A DNA stretch of 64,000 bases, taken from contig JAGXIV010000036.1 in the NCBI GenBank assembly GCA_024635485.1, positions 18,663 through 82,662 of the forward strand. Reading direction: 5' to 3'. Positions 33,597 to 45,178 of this stretch are shown here, in pieces. The position numbers and the translations under genes were made by a program. This DNA is from a bacterium (lineage in GTDB: Bacteria; Patescibacteriota; Gracilibacteria; BD1-5; UBA6164). The notes under the pieces are model-generated. The model had not been told where the DNA came from. It saw only the letters and a program-made list of their open reading frames with translations, and ran no database searches. Position 1 is the stretch's first letter; every line of letters starts with the position of its first letter.

Positions 33597-34760
33597 TTAT
33601 TGAAAAATGTTTTTTTGTGCCTCAAGTGTTTGCTGGATACTCATTCCTTTTGTTTGCCAGTCCCAAGACATATAATCTCAAAAATCATAGCTTCCTGCTT
33701 TTGGAGCATTATATGGATTTTTCATAATTGGAAAATGTACATGAAAATCTTTATAATCAGATTCAGGAACTCCTGAAACTCCAACTTTTCATACTATTGT
33801 CCCTGATGTTACAATCATTCATTCTTGAATATTTTCAGGAACTGAAGCAAGATGGCTATAAAATATTACTTCTCCTTTCATAGTTTTGAGCCATACTTGA
33901 TTTCCTCTGAGTATGTCTAGATTTTTGAGTTTTTGTTCATCAGACATATTCTTACTATAATCAACTCGACTAAAGTCACTTTCTTGAAAGTTATTCACCA
34001 CTCGTACCACTATTCCATCATCGAGTGCAACTATATCAGTATAAAGTGGAGCATATACATCCCAACCATGATGTATACCATCAGTATATTGTGCTCTATA
34101 CGGTCGTCAAGTATTAGGTATTTTATTTACTGCTTCTGGAATAGGTTCACCTGGGATTGGAGAAATATATTTTTTTTCTCGTGCTTTCAGAATTTTTTGA
34201 ATAATATCTTGTTCAACCAAAGACTCATTATAGGTTCTTTGTCCTTTTAAAAAGCTATAATTCTCTGTTATATTTACACCATTATAATTTTTAAATATTG
34301 AATTCTTCTTAATTATTGGCGTCAAATTAGAAGCAATTGTCGTTAAGTCAGCTGAGCTATAATCAAGATAGGTATTGAGCTTATTTACTGAATTTTTAAT
34401 AATGAGATCATGCATAGTCCCAATATATTTTTGGCCAGCATTTTCAAGATATATATTTCCATTACTACATTTTGAAGCATTGGCATAATCAACTTGAAAG
34501 AAGTACAATCCTTGTGCTTGAGTAAGAAATTTTGATTCAATACTACAGAGAGATTGTACCGAAAATGAAGATATATCAGTTTTAGATTGAAATATAATGA
34601 CCGTACTTGAGAGTCCTGGAATATCTGGGTATATATTGTCTGAAAGTGTTGCTAAAAATCTTGTATCTGAGCCAAAAACAAAGTTAGAACCAAATACTAA
34701 TCCATATCAACCTACGAGAGTCATGATTCACAAAAAGAATCATAGAAGAGTTTTTCACAT
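33597..34760 (-). CDS. M23/LytM-family peptidoglycan endopeptidase (387 aa)
   Basis: ATG 34760 (alternative 34724) gives an N-terminal hydrophobic segment. Track ORFs 34107-34508 and 33819-34010 are in frame. Motifs HHGWDVYAP and VGVSGVPESDYKDFHVHF. TAA 33597-33599. Confidence 0.75.
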
Positions 34761-34867
34761 AAGAGCGTTTAAAAGTTTGAAAATCGGCTTACATTATATA
34801 AAAAATCGAGATAATTCAAAAGAAAAATCCCGGTTTTTTGCAATTTCACAAATTGATGGTTTTACAA

Positions 34868-35725
34868 CTAAAAATCATTGAATATTCCTTCTAGTTCTGA
34901 GAGTGGATCAGAATATAACTCTTTCATAGATTCTAATTCTTGAATCATATATCCAACTATATTTTTGTATTTTTCTTGTCCTTCAAATTTTCAAAGTCTT
35001 TCTATGACAACATCAATAGAACTGCTTATCTTTTCGTTAGAAAAGTCTTGTTCTTTGAGTCGATCCACAAAACTTTTGAGAAGGACATTAATCCTTTGTC
35101 TCAGTGCAAGGCTCAGTGTGAAAGTAGATTCAAGCTTCTTTTTTATTTCTGATTTTGTTTCTCACGTACTTTCTTTTTGTTTATTTTCGTTATATTTTTG
35201 AATCTTTTCTTTTACTGATTCACTCATCTCAGATGTTTTTGTTTCTTCTTTTTTCACTTCAGTTTTTAACTCTTCTTTTTTTACTTCTCCTGATGCTCTA
35301 TTTTTTTCTGTGAGTTCTAGTTTTTTTACTTCACTACAATATCTATCTTTTGAATAATCATCATTGACTACTATAGCACAAAGTCTTACGTAATGATATT
35401 TGGAATCTTGTTTCAATTTAAAGCTCGTTTTGAGTTGGAGTCGTTCTCAGATAAATACCGTATCATCTGTAGGATACACTGGCTGTGTATTGCTTGTAGA
35501 ATAAACAAGTTTATACCATTCAAATCCTCTATTATTCGGAAAATCATTCCAAGTAGCATAGGCAGATCCATTTTCTACATTAATTTTGAGTTCAAAATTA
35601 TATGGAATCACTTCCCTGTCTTTCATTTCCATTGAAGTTTTTTCTTCGGAAACAGTTGTTTCTTCTGCAAATGTATAAGAAAATGATACAAGTGACAATA
35701 GCACTACAGCAAGAATATGCTTCAT
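34868..35725 (-). CDS. Secreted hypothetical protein (285 aa)
   Basis: Track ORFs 35447-35725 (signal peptide MKHILAVVLLSLVSFSYTFA) and 35162-35416 share a frame. I translated onward codon by codon to TAG 34868-34870. There is a Lys/Glu-rich middle section. Confidence 0.5.
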
Positions 35726-35774
35726 AATACGGGTATTACAATAAATAAAATACCCTCATATTATACCTATGTCA

Positions 35775-36740
35775 CTACTTTCTCAATCTTCGTAAGAACA
35801 TTATAACTTGATACTTTATTTTTTTATTGATATATATACTTGAGTCTGAGACATGTGTTTTTTGTGGACTCAGTTTCATCTTAAAATCAGTCACTCCAGC
35901 GAGACTAGAGTCTCTCTCGTCTGGTCCTGCAACACCGAGTAAATCATAGGTTTTCATCCCTCTTTTTTTTGCGTGACAGAGTGCCGTCCATTGTAATAAA
36001 TATGGTGCCATAAGATTTCTATGTGCATTTCCTGAAGCTCCATAGTAATACGTCGCAACATCATCATGCATTACAAAAATCCCTGCTGCAATCACTTTTC
36101 ATTCAAAATACGCAAAGAAGAGTTGCGAAGCTTCTACTGTACTCAAAAATGTTTCATAATAGCTCAGTGTATTCCCTGCAAAGTCATCTCTGCTCGTGGT
36201 TTCCTGCATAAGTTCGTAAAACTTTTTAGCGTTATATGGAATCTTTTCTACTTGTTCTACGACGACTCCTTTCTTTTCAGCAAGTCGAATATTGTATCTC
36301 CCCTTTGATTTCATTGCAGCTAAAATCTCATCTTCACTTTGTGTGAGATCTATAAGCGCTGTATAGGGAGGCATAAATTTTTTATAATATCCCTTCTTGA
36401 AAGGAGATGTTGTATCTCAAAGGACACTCTCTCAGATTCATGAGTAATGAAGTGTTTCAATTTGCACAAAAAGACAATTTTCTTCTTTGCAGAGTTGTAC
36501 CAAACTTTGCTCAAGTCTTTCAGATTTTTCTCCTTCAAATCCTTGTATAAATAAAGCAAATTCTCACGCAGAAACACTACGTTTTTCTACAAAAACTTGT
36601 TTTCAGATTCCTCACTTGAATTCTCTCCTTTCAGTCAAAAGGAAAGAAGCTGTATCTTGTTGCTCAATGACAAAATATTCTTCACTTTGTCAGCTTGTAA
36701 CCAGCATATTTTGCCATGATTCTGTTTGCCAAATGGACAT
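35775..36740 (-). CDS. FemAB-family peptidoglycan aminoacyltransferase (321 aa)
   Basis: ATG 36740 (MSIWQTESWQNM). Track ORFs 36099-36374 and 35775-36095 are in frame. The sequence YYYGASGNAHRNLMAPYLLQW is typical of Fem/MurM proteins. TAG 35775-35777. Confidence 0.75.
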
Positions 36741-36864
36741 AAGCTTTTTTTTAAAATAGTTCCCTTCACTATAAAGTTTTTTCGCTTGAAAGCAAAGAGA
36801 GATTTGATTTACCCTCAAAAAAACTCATAATAGAAACAAGAAATATTTTACTCACCACATACGT

Positions 36865-37680
36865 ATGGACAACAATCTTAATTTGGCAGTGCTTATTGAC
36901 GGAGACAATATTCCATCAGCCTATATCAGTGAAATGATTGAGGAAATTACAAAATACGGGAATCCTACTATCAAGCGTATTTACGGAGACTGGACTCGAC
37001 CTGGTCTTGCTAAATGGAAAAATCTCCTGCTTGAAAACGCTATCACTCCTATTCAACAATACGGATATACCACCTGAAAAAATGCTACTGATTCAGCTAT
37101 GATTATTGATGCAATGGATATTCTCTACAGTGAAAAAGTCCAAGGATTTTGTCTCGTATCCTCAGACAGTGACTTCACGCGTCTTGCTACTCGCCTGCGT
37201 GAAGCAGGACTCTTAGTTATAGGAATCGGAGAAAGAAAAACTCCAAATCCCTTTGTCGTAGCCTGTGATAAGTTTATTTATATAGAAATACTTAAAAAAC
37301 AAACCGAAGAAAATAAAGGGAGTTCTGACGGAGTAGAAACACTCTGACCAAAAGAGATTTCTCTCATCGCTTCCAGTATCACTGATTTATCTGATGAAAA
37401 TGGCTGGGCTTTTCTCTGAGATGTCGGAGGACTCATCCAAAAGAAACGTCCGAGTTTTGATGCTCGAAACTATGGTTTTGAAAAGCTCACTCCCCTCATT
37501 GTTTCAACTGGCAAATTTGAAATCGAACAACGAGAAAATAGTAAGTCGAGATATAAACTGATATATGTGAGGAATATTGAAACAAAGCAGAAACTTGCTG
37601 GGAAGAAAACAACTGAGAAACAGAGCGAAGCGACAATTTCGAAGTTGAAGCGAAGTAGGAAAGTTATGAGAGATGAGTAA
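36865..37680 (+). CDS. NYN-domain (LabA-like) protein with C-terminal OST-HTH/LOTUS domain (271 aa)
   Basis: Track ORFs 36865-37077 and 37099-37347 are in frame. The NYN pattern reads LAVLIDGDNI..RIYGDW..-G-KNATDSAMIIDAMD..LVSSDSDFTRLATRLREAG. The OST-HTH-like part reads GWAFL-G-DVGGLI..YGFEKLTPLI. TAA 37678-37680. Confidence 0.75.
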
Positions 37681-37702
37681 TACTATTTAAAACTAAATCA
37701 AA

Positions 37703-38278
37703 ATGATGAATGAGGAAAATTCTTACTATATTTATCATGTAAATAAAGATGGCTCAATTTCTTCTCCAAACAATTGGTTTAACAAGGTTTGAGCAAGAAA
37801 TATAAATGGTAAAATATTTATGCCATTAGATTTCATGCTTGTACCATTATCAGCTGCAAGTAGAGCTATAGAAAAATTTAATAATACTAAAGATTATACT
37901 GAGAAGTTAGAGCTATCTTTACTAATTTCCTTAACAGTTAGAGTTGCTGACACAGCATATTTTAATCATATTGCTAATAAAATATTTAAGGATGTAGACT
38001 TTTCAATTTGTGCAAACTGTATTAGAGAAAGTAATAATTTCAATTGCCATGAAATATTAAGGCTTAGATGAATATGTAATAATTCTATTATACATTCATT
38101 AGAAAACGAAATTTTAATAGACCCAAAGGTATTAAATTATTCAATAGAATATTACAATGAAGTTTTGAAATTACCGTTAATTGATCCAATAGAAATAACA
38201 TCACAATTTAACGTAAAAATCTGCAAAAACTGTATGAAAACTAAAAAAAATAAAAAATTAGTAACTGAAATTAAATAA
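37703..38278 (+). CDS. Hypothetical protein with two CxxC pairs (191 aa)
   Basis: ATG 37703. Track ORF 37820-38071 is in frame. There are 2 TGA. Cys motifs: SICANCIRESNNFNCH and KICKNCMK. TAA 38276-38278. Confidence 0.45.
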
Positions 38279-38393
38279 TTAATTTCTTTTCCTTATAAAT
38301 AATAGAATTCAAGTTAGGATTAAAACCTTAATAATTAAAAATGATTTAAAGTTGAAAGATGAATAATCTCTAATATTAATTTATAAAAACATT

Positions 38394-39278
38394 ATGAATC
38401 ATAATATTCTACAATTAAAACAACTACTAAAAAAAATCACCCTAGAAGAAATAATCTTGAGGATTGAAAAATTTAAGTTGTTGGATTTTCAAACAATAAG
38501 TGATAATAAACTTAGTGAAGAAATACAAAAGGTTTTAGAAATCGAAAATGGCTTTATATTATTACCTAGATTCTCTAGTTATCCGACTAAGACTAAATTC
38601 TATAGAGTAAGAAAATTAAAACCCGACGATCATCATCTCCCTTTGCATGCAATGACATATGAAAAAGATGCATGGAATCCCCCAGAAACATCTATAACTA
38701 AGTTAGGTCGTTTGAATAAGGTTGGTGAATCATTACTATACACTTCACCTATATCTCCTCAAGTTGCAGTAGAAGAAATGAATATTAAAGATAATGAACG
38801 TTTTTGCTTGATAATATATCAATCTCTTGCTGAAATTAAAGTTTCCATAATCGGTGAATGGAAGGATTTAATAGAATTAGATAAAGAAGAAAATTTAAAA
38901 ATGAGAGTTCGCTCCAATTTCCTAAAAGATGAATTCTCAAGAGATGTAGGGCAATGAACTGAATTTTTATATAGAGTTTCCGAAAGAATTACTAAAGATT
39001 ATTTTGACCTACCTCCAAGAGACATTCAAGATGCTTGGTGTTACCCTTCAATTGCATCTAAAGCATCTTTCAATGTATGTTTTAGACCTGAATTAGCTAA
39101 AGAATTATTAAAATTATTAGGGGTTCAAATTTGTGAAGTTAAAAAAGAATGAAGTAATTATTTATTCAAAGTAATAGGAATTTTAGCTGATTTTGATGAA
39201 GATGATCAATTTATATTTCATAAGGTTAATAGTCTTAAATGTTTAGAATTATTTCCAGAAATTTGAATACAATCATAA
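38394..39278 (+). CDS. RES-domain protein (294 aa)
   Basis: Track ORF 38394-38957 extends through 3 TGA to TAA 39276-39278. The RES-type pattern reads FYRVRK .. LGRLNKVGESLLYTSPISPQVAVEEM .. WCYPSIASKASFNVCFRPE, which supplies the Arg, Glu and Ser positions. Confidence 0.55.
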
Positions 39279-39302
39279 ATTCACCTTTTAAAATAATATA
39301 TC

Positions 39303-40742
39303 ATGACTTATAAAAACAAATCATCACTCAAAAACTCCTACAAATCCCTCCCCTCGATCTTTTTCGCTGCCCAAAATCCAGAACAATCAGACAATCCTAA
39401 GTGCGTTTTATATAACAAGGAACTTGCAAAAGAACTGTGAATACAGGAGCTCCTCCCTGCTGAAAATGCTCATAATCTGCTGTCGGGAAACATACTCCCA
39501 GAGTGAGCAAAACCAATTGCGCAGGCCTATGCAGGTCACCAGTTTTGATATCCAAATATGCTGTGAGATGGTCGAGCTCTGTTACTGGGAGAATGGGAAA
39601 CTCCAGAATGAAAAGTTGTTGATATAGTGTTAAAAGGAAGTGGAAAAACTCGGTTCTCCAGATGAGGAGACGGACGAGCGACACTGAAAGCAATGCTGAG
39701 AGAATACTTGATGAGTGAAGCTATGAATGGACTATGAATTGCGAGTTCGAGAAGTCTCGCGGTTGTAAAAACCTGAAATATAGTGCAGCGAGAACAGCAA
39801 GTAGAAGGAGCGATTTTGACTCGAATCATGAGCTCGCATATACGAGTTGGAACCTTTGAGTATGCTAAGAACTTTGCAACTAAAAATGAAATGAAGTCTC
39901 TCATAGACTATACTATTGAGAGACACTATCCTGAACTGAGTAAGCGCAAGAATCCTGCACTCTGACTCTTAGAACACGTGATAGATGTACAAATTAATCT
40001 CGTGATACAGTGGCTGCGAGTTGGTTTTATTCATGGAGTCATGAATACTGATAATACGAGTATTTCGTGAGAGACTTTTGATTATGGACCATGTGCATTT
40101 ATGAACGGCTTTCACTCTGACCAAGTATTTAGTTCGATAGATACCAACGGAAGATATGCATTTGGAAACCAAGCAAATATTATCCTCTGGAATTTATCAG
40201 TATTTGCCTGAACTCTTACTGAATTTATAGATGAAGCTTCAATCAATAGCGTCCTTGGAACGATATGAGAACATATCCATAGTGCATGGCTGGTGATGAT
40301 GTGTCAAAAGCTTGGAATACAGAATCCCCTCTCAAAAGATGAAGCTCTGATTCGAGAACTCCTCTCATGGATGCAAGATATTTGAGCAGATTATACCAAT
40401 ACCTTTTTGTATATTTGATGAAACACTCAGGTAAAAAATATAGAAATATATAGTGAAGAGAGATTTGTTGCTTGGCAAAATATCTGGAAAAAGCGAGTTT
40501 CTATTCAGACTTGAGGATTTGAAAATGCGAGACAATCAATGAAGCAATACAATCCTATTTATATCCCTCGAAATCATATTGTGGAGGAAGTTTTAGATAC
40601 AGCTGTTTTATGAGATTATACAGAATTTCATTTATTTCTAGAAATACTAAAAAATCCCTATGTGTATAGAGAAAATACTGAGAAATATATGGAAAATATT
40701 GATGGATTTGATGAACAATATCAGACCTATTGTGGGACTTAA
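39303..40742 (+). CDS. selO: Protein adenylyltransferase SelO (YdiU/UPF0061, 479 aa)
   Basis: ATG 39303. Motifs [30 protein letters not shown] and [24 protein letters not shown] translated the second half continuously to TAA 40740-40742. Confidence 0.9.
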
Positions 40743-41380
40743 GCTCCTATTTCAATCTTTTCTCCTGAAAATTTAGGATCAACTCCAAATAGATTATCTA
40801 AGAGCATTTTCACTCGAGCGAGTCTTTCTCGAATCCAAACTTTGGGACTCATACGTACTGGAACATCTCGAGCTGGATATCCATATACGGTCAATCCATT
40901 TGCCTGTGCTATATAAATAGCTCTCTCTAAATGAAAAGGTTGAGAAACCACAATAAAACTTGTTTGGCTAAATATATCGTTAGCTCTGACAATAGAATCA
41001 AGCGTTCTAAAACCTGCATAATCAGCGTAAATTCTCTCTTCTGGAACTCAGAGCTCAATTAGGTCACGCTTCATGGTATCTGGTTCGTTGTACTGTGGAG
41101 TGGCATTATCTCCACTGACAATAATATACTCAATTTTACCTGATTTATAGAGCTCTATGATGGCATCAAGACGAAATACATAAAATCCATTTCTTCGTCC
41201 ATCTGCTATATATTTACTCGTTCCTAAGACAAGACCTACTTTTTGAGCAGGAATAGATTGTATATCTTCATAAATAAAATTCTTTGATACAGCTACCGTC
41301 CTCCACTGTGCAAAAAGTATAAGTAGTACACAGACAAGTATCAGTGCAAAAAATATTTTAAGAAGGAGTGATAATGTCAT
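40739..41380 (-). CDS. SanA/YdcF (DUF218) family membrane protein (213 aa)
   Basis: Track ORFs 41048-41380 (TM anchor, SGDNATPQYNEPDTM) and 40739-40951 (SQPFHLERA) are in frame. TAA 40739-40741 overlaps the selO stop. Confidence 0.75.
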
Positions 41381-41385
41381 AGGTT

Positions 41386-42300
41386 TTAGCTTTTGGAAAA
41401 ATGTTTGAGTGATATATATATTTCTTTATAAGATTCCCAAAAAGTTGTTTCTCTGTAGGGAATATTTTGTTCAGCACAATATAATTTTACCACTTTTGCG
41501 ACTTCAGGATAGTTTTTTCGTGGCATCGTTTGATATAAGTGATGTTCTATTTGATAATTGAGTCCTCCAAAAATATAGTTCACCCAAAATCATGGATAGA
41601 GATTTCTTGAAGTTATAATTTGAAAATATCGTTCGTAGGTATCGTCTTGGTGTATTTCTTCCATACCCAGATGATTGGGTGCAAAACTTATTCCCATATA
41701 AATCCCAATAAAAACAAAATGCAGGACTAAGAAAGTGATTCCTTGTATCAGACCCATCGTATATATAAAAAGTGAACTATAAGCTATAAAATTAACTAGA
41801 AGAAGCAATAGTTCATATATCTTCACGGGAGTAATTTTTGTAAAAATATACTGCAAAGATTGAACTAAATACATTAAATATCCAAGTAAAAATGAAAAGA
41901 AAAACAAAATATGGATATGTCTGAGAATAAATGTTCCACCTGGGAAAGATTTAAAAAAGGTCGGATCTCTGAGGAAAGGAAAATCAGGATCGTGGTCTCC
42001 TTGGTTGGTATGATCATGATGTGCATTATGGGTACTTCTCCAAAAACCATGACTCACTCCCATAACAAGTGTCCCTGCTAAGTAGCCAAAAAATCTATTA
42101 TAGGCACGCGTTTTAAAGACTTGGTCATGCGCGAGATCGTGTCCTAAAAATCCAATTTGTACTCGAAAAAACGTTAAAAAAGCAAGTGCTATCACAAGAA
42201 GAAATAGAGAATTTGTAAGAAAGAAAATTGCGATACTTCAAAAAAGCCCAACAAGATTAATAATCGCAAGAGTCAAATAATAGTGATACTGACGCTTCAT
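41386..42300 (-). CDS. Membrane fatty-acid desaturase (304 aa)
   Basis: ATG 42300. Three His boxes: HDLAHD, HNAHHDHTN and QIEHHLY. Track ORFs 41590-42195 and 41386-41583 are in frame and joined by one TGA. TAA 41386-41388. Confidence 0.8.
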
Positions 42301-42357
42301 AAATCACTTCGTAAAAATAGATTTATCGAGAGACTGGAGATTATGCATGTTGGTTTT

Positions 42358-43374
42358 TTATTTTTCTAAGTGATTAATCCCTCTTCCAGTGATTTTTCGA
42401 CCTCGAGGGGTTCGTTCTATGAATCAAATTTGGAGTAAATATGGCTCTACAACATCTTCAAGCGTTGCTTCTTCTTCTCCAAGTGTTGAACTGAGGGTTC
42501 CAAGTCCTACTGGACCTCATTTAAAGTTTTTGAAAATACTTTGTAGATATTTTCTATCGAGATAATCAAGTCATTTTTCATCAATACCTATGTCTTGAAA
42601 TACTCACGCTAATACAAGTGGATCAGAAATATTTTTTCAAATGGTATGATAGTCTCTGAGAATTTTGAGGAGTCTATTAGCGATTCGTGGAGTACCACGA
42701 GATTTTTGTGCTATCAATGTAAGCGTCTCATCGGGAAGATCAAAACCGAGCATTTCACAGTTATTTTTGAGAATAATCGCAATTTGAGGCGTATCATAAA
42801 AATCGAGTTTGAGAACATTTCCAAATCTATCTCGAAGTGGAGAACTCAAAGCAGAAAGTCTCGTAGTAGCTCAAACGAGTGTAAATGGCTTTACTGGAAG
42901 CTTCACACTCTGGGCTCACGTCCCACTTCATACCATTATATCAATCTGAAAATCCTCCATAGCAGTGTAGAGTATTTCCTCTACTTGTGGTCTAAGTCTA
43001 TGAATCTCATCTATAAAGAGAATATCTCAAGATTCTAAATTAGAGAGAATACTCACCAGATCAGACTGTTTTTCGATTGCTGGACCAGAGCTCGTCCTGA
43101 GATGTGAATCCATTTCATGAGCGAGAATATTTGAGAGAGTGGTCTTTCCAAGTCCAGGAGGACCATAAAAAATAATATGCTCTAAACATTCACCTCTAAT
43201 TTTTGCCGAAGAAATAGATACCATAAGATGTTTTTTGATGGTATCTTGACCAATATAATTCTCGAGAGTTTTAGGTCGAAAGCCATTTTGAAAACTCGCA
43301 CTCTCCCCCTTTTTTTCTTCAGGAGAAATCACTCTATCAGCTTGTGTTGTATCTTTTTGAGAAGAAGAAATCAT
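42358..43374 (-). CDS. ruvB: Holliday junction branch-migration ATPase RuvB (338 aa)
   Basis: Track ORFs 43027-43374 (GPPGLGKTT) and 42637-42849 are in frame. LFIDEIHRL and -G-ATTR are present. TAA 42358-42360. Confidence 0.9.
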
Positions 43375-43481
43375 TGAGAGTCCGATAATCCAGTTTTATA
43401 AAATATTCATCCTATAATAACTGGGAAAGTATTAATGGTATTCTAAGTATAGATTCAGAAAATACAAGAAAAAATTTGCAA

Positions 43482-43506
43482 TCGAGTATATCGTGTATAT
43501 ACTCGA
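43482..43506. promoter_or_regulatory. Perfect 10-bp inverted repeat between divergent ruvB and ssb (candidate operator)
   Basis: TCGAGTATAT-cgtgt-ATATACTCGA. It starts right after a TTGCAA (43476-43481) and overlaps a TATATA/TATACT -10-like element. Confidence 0.4.
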
Positions 43507-43564
43507 AAATGTATAGTTCTATTTTGAGATACATATACATTTTTTACTAGCTTATTACACACAT

Positions 43565-44035
43565 ATGGACTTAAACAAGGTACAAATCATCGGACGAATT
43601 ACTCAAGATATTGAGCTCAGACAGACTCCAAACGGACAAAGTGTTACAACCCTTTCGATAGCAACCAATAGAAACTGGACAGATGGACAAGGAATGAAAC
43701 AAGAACAAGCAGAGTTTCATAATGTCGTTCTCTGGGCTAAACTCGCTGAAATAGCTTCTCAGTACCTTCAAAAAGGTAAAAAGGTATATATAGAAGGCAG
43801 AATGCAAACTCGAAGCTGGGAAGCTCAAGATGGTTCTAAAAGATATCGAACAGAAATAATCGGAGAAAATATGATTATGCTTGATGGAAACGGGAATGAC
43901 TCAGGAAATGGGAATAGTGGAGGATATAATCAAAATGATTCCAGTTCACAATCTCCTGCTAATGATACTCCCGCTATAAAAAAATCATCCCCAAAACAAG
44001 AAGAAGAAATTTCTGTTGAGGATCTTCCATTTTAA
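43565..44035 (+). CDS. ssb: Single-stranded DNA-binding protein (156 aa)
   Basis: This is an intact track ORF. It has an OB-fold N-terminus, a Gly/Asn-rich linker and an acidic tail EEEISVEDLPF. It contains no TGA codon. Confidence 0.9.
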   Translation: MDLNKVQIIGRITQDIELRQTPNGQSVTTLSIATNRNWTDGQGMKQEQAEFHNVVLWAKLAEIASQYLQKGKKVYIEGRMQTRSWEAQDGSKRYRTEIIGENMIMLDGNGNDSGNGNSGGYNQNDSSSQSPANDTPAIKKSSPKQEEEISVEDLPF

Positions 44036-44046
44036 GAAAAAAAATT

Positions 44047-44075
44047 AAAAAAACTCCTAAATTGGGAGTTTTTTT
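44047..44075. terminator. Terminator hairpin
   Basis: aaaaaactcc-taaattg-ggagtttttt. Confidence 0.6.
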
Positions 44076-45075
44076 AATAATTTAATAGTTCATACTGTTT
44101 TTTTCCTGAGCTAAATATTATTTTATCTCATATTTTCTGTATTTTATCTATACTCAAATCAGTTGAAAGAAGTATTTTTCTTTCTTTGCTATCTGGATTA
44201 TATTGTACTATGAGATTTCATTTTTGCTCAATATCAAAGTTACTCTTTTTTTGAATTTCATCTTTATAGATGATGCCAATAGTGGTATCACCCTCATATA
44301 CAAAATCTCTGAAAAGATATTCAAAAACAGCAGTATCATCAGCTATATTATAATGAAACGTTCCTTTTTCAGTCACAACAAGATAATTTCCTACAACACT
44401 ATCAGGTTTAATATAGGAAACTGCTACCTCAAATGGAAGAGAGTACAGTCTCACTGAATTCGTATCAAAAATATATGATTGTTTTCAAAGGCTCAGAAAT
44501 ATATTTCAATTTTCACCTATATTTGAAACCTGTATATTCTTCTCAGGAACAGATGTAAAAGATTGTATCTCTCTTGTATTTCCTGAGATAATATATTGCA
44601 TCGCAATTTTATTATTTGTTGTTTCAGTAAACCTTATTTCTGTATCATCTCACAGAGTAAATCGCGCATAGGCAAGGTTATCAGCTCTTAATCGAGCTAT
44701 TTTTTCTTTTGCTGTTTCTATTGCTTTCATATCAAGCACTTCCTCCAGTTTTGCTTTTTTAAGAAGCTCTACAATGAAATCTTGACTCGTCCTTGCATTA
44801 ATAGTTAGATTCATAGTCTGAGTTTCATATCACTCTTTAGAAATACTGAGGTTATATTCAAATGGTGAAACATTTTGAATAACACAGATTTTTTCTGGAC
44901 AAGCTTCTACTCTTTTTTGAGCAAGAGAGGTTGAAAATAAACTTACGGAATAATCCTCTACATTACTATTAAAAGTGAGCGTTGAGGTATAATACACAAA
45001 AAAATAAAGATAAAAAAGTACTAATGCTCAAATAGTTCAAATGAGTATGAGCAGTGCGTAAAGTTTTCGATGCAT
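44074..45075 (-). CDS. Membrane-anchored hypothetical protein (333 aa)
   Basis: ATG 45075. TM helix LYALLILI-G-TI-G-ALVLFYLYFFVYY. I checked 44455-45075 triplet by triplet. Track ORF 44218-44454 is in frame. TAA 44074-44076. Confidence 0.5.
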
Positions 45076-45178
45076 GAGAGTATTTAAAAACATATTAGCC
45101 CTAGTATATTGCTCTACAATAAATTTGCAATGTAGAGAAACTTGCCTACTCTTTTGACAATATTCCTAATTCATCTCT

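Noticed and set aside
39397-39926. I looked at the three overlapping minus-strand track ORFs inside selO as possible genes.
   Set aside because: They are antisense to a strongly supported SelO reading frame. Long antisense ORFs are expected here because this gene is locally GC-rich.
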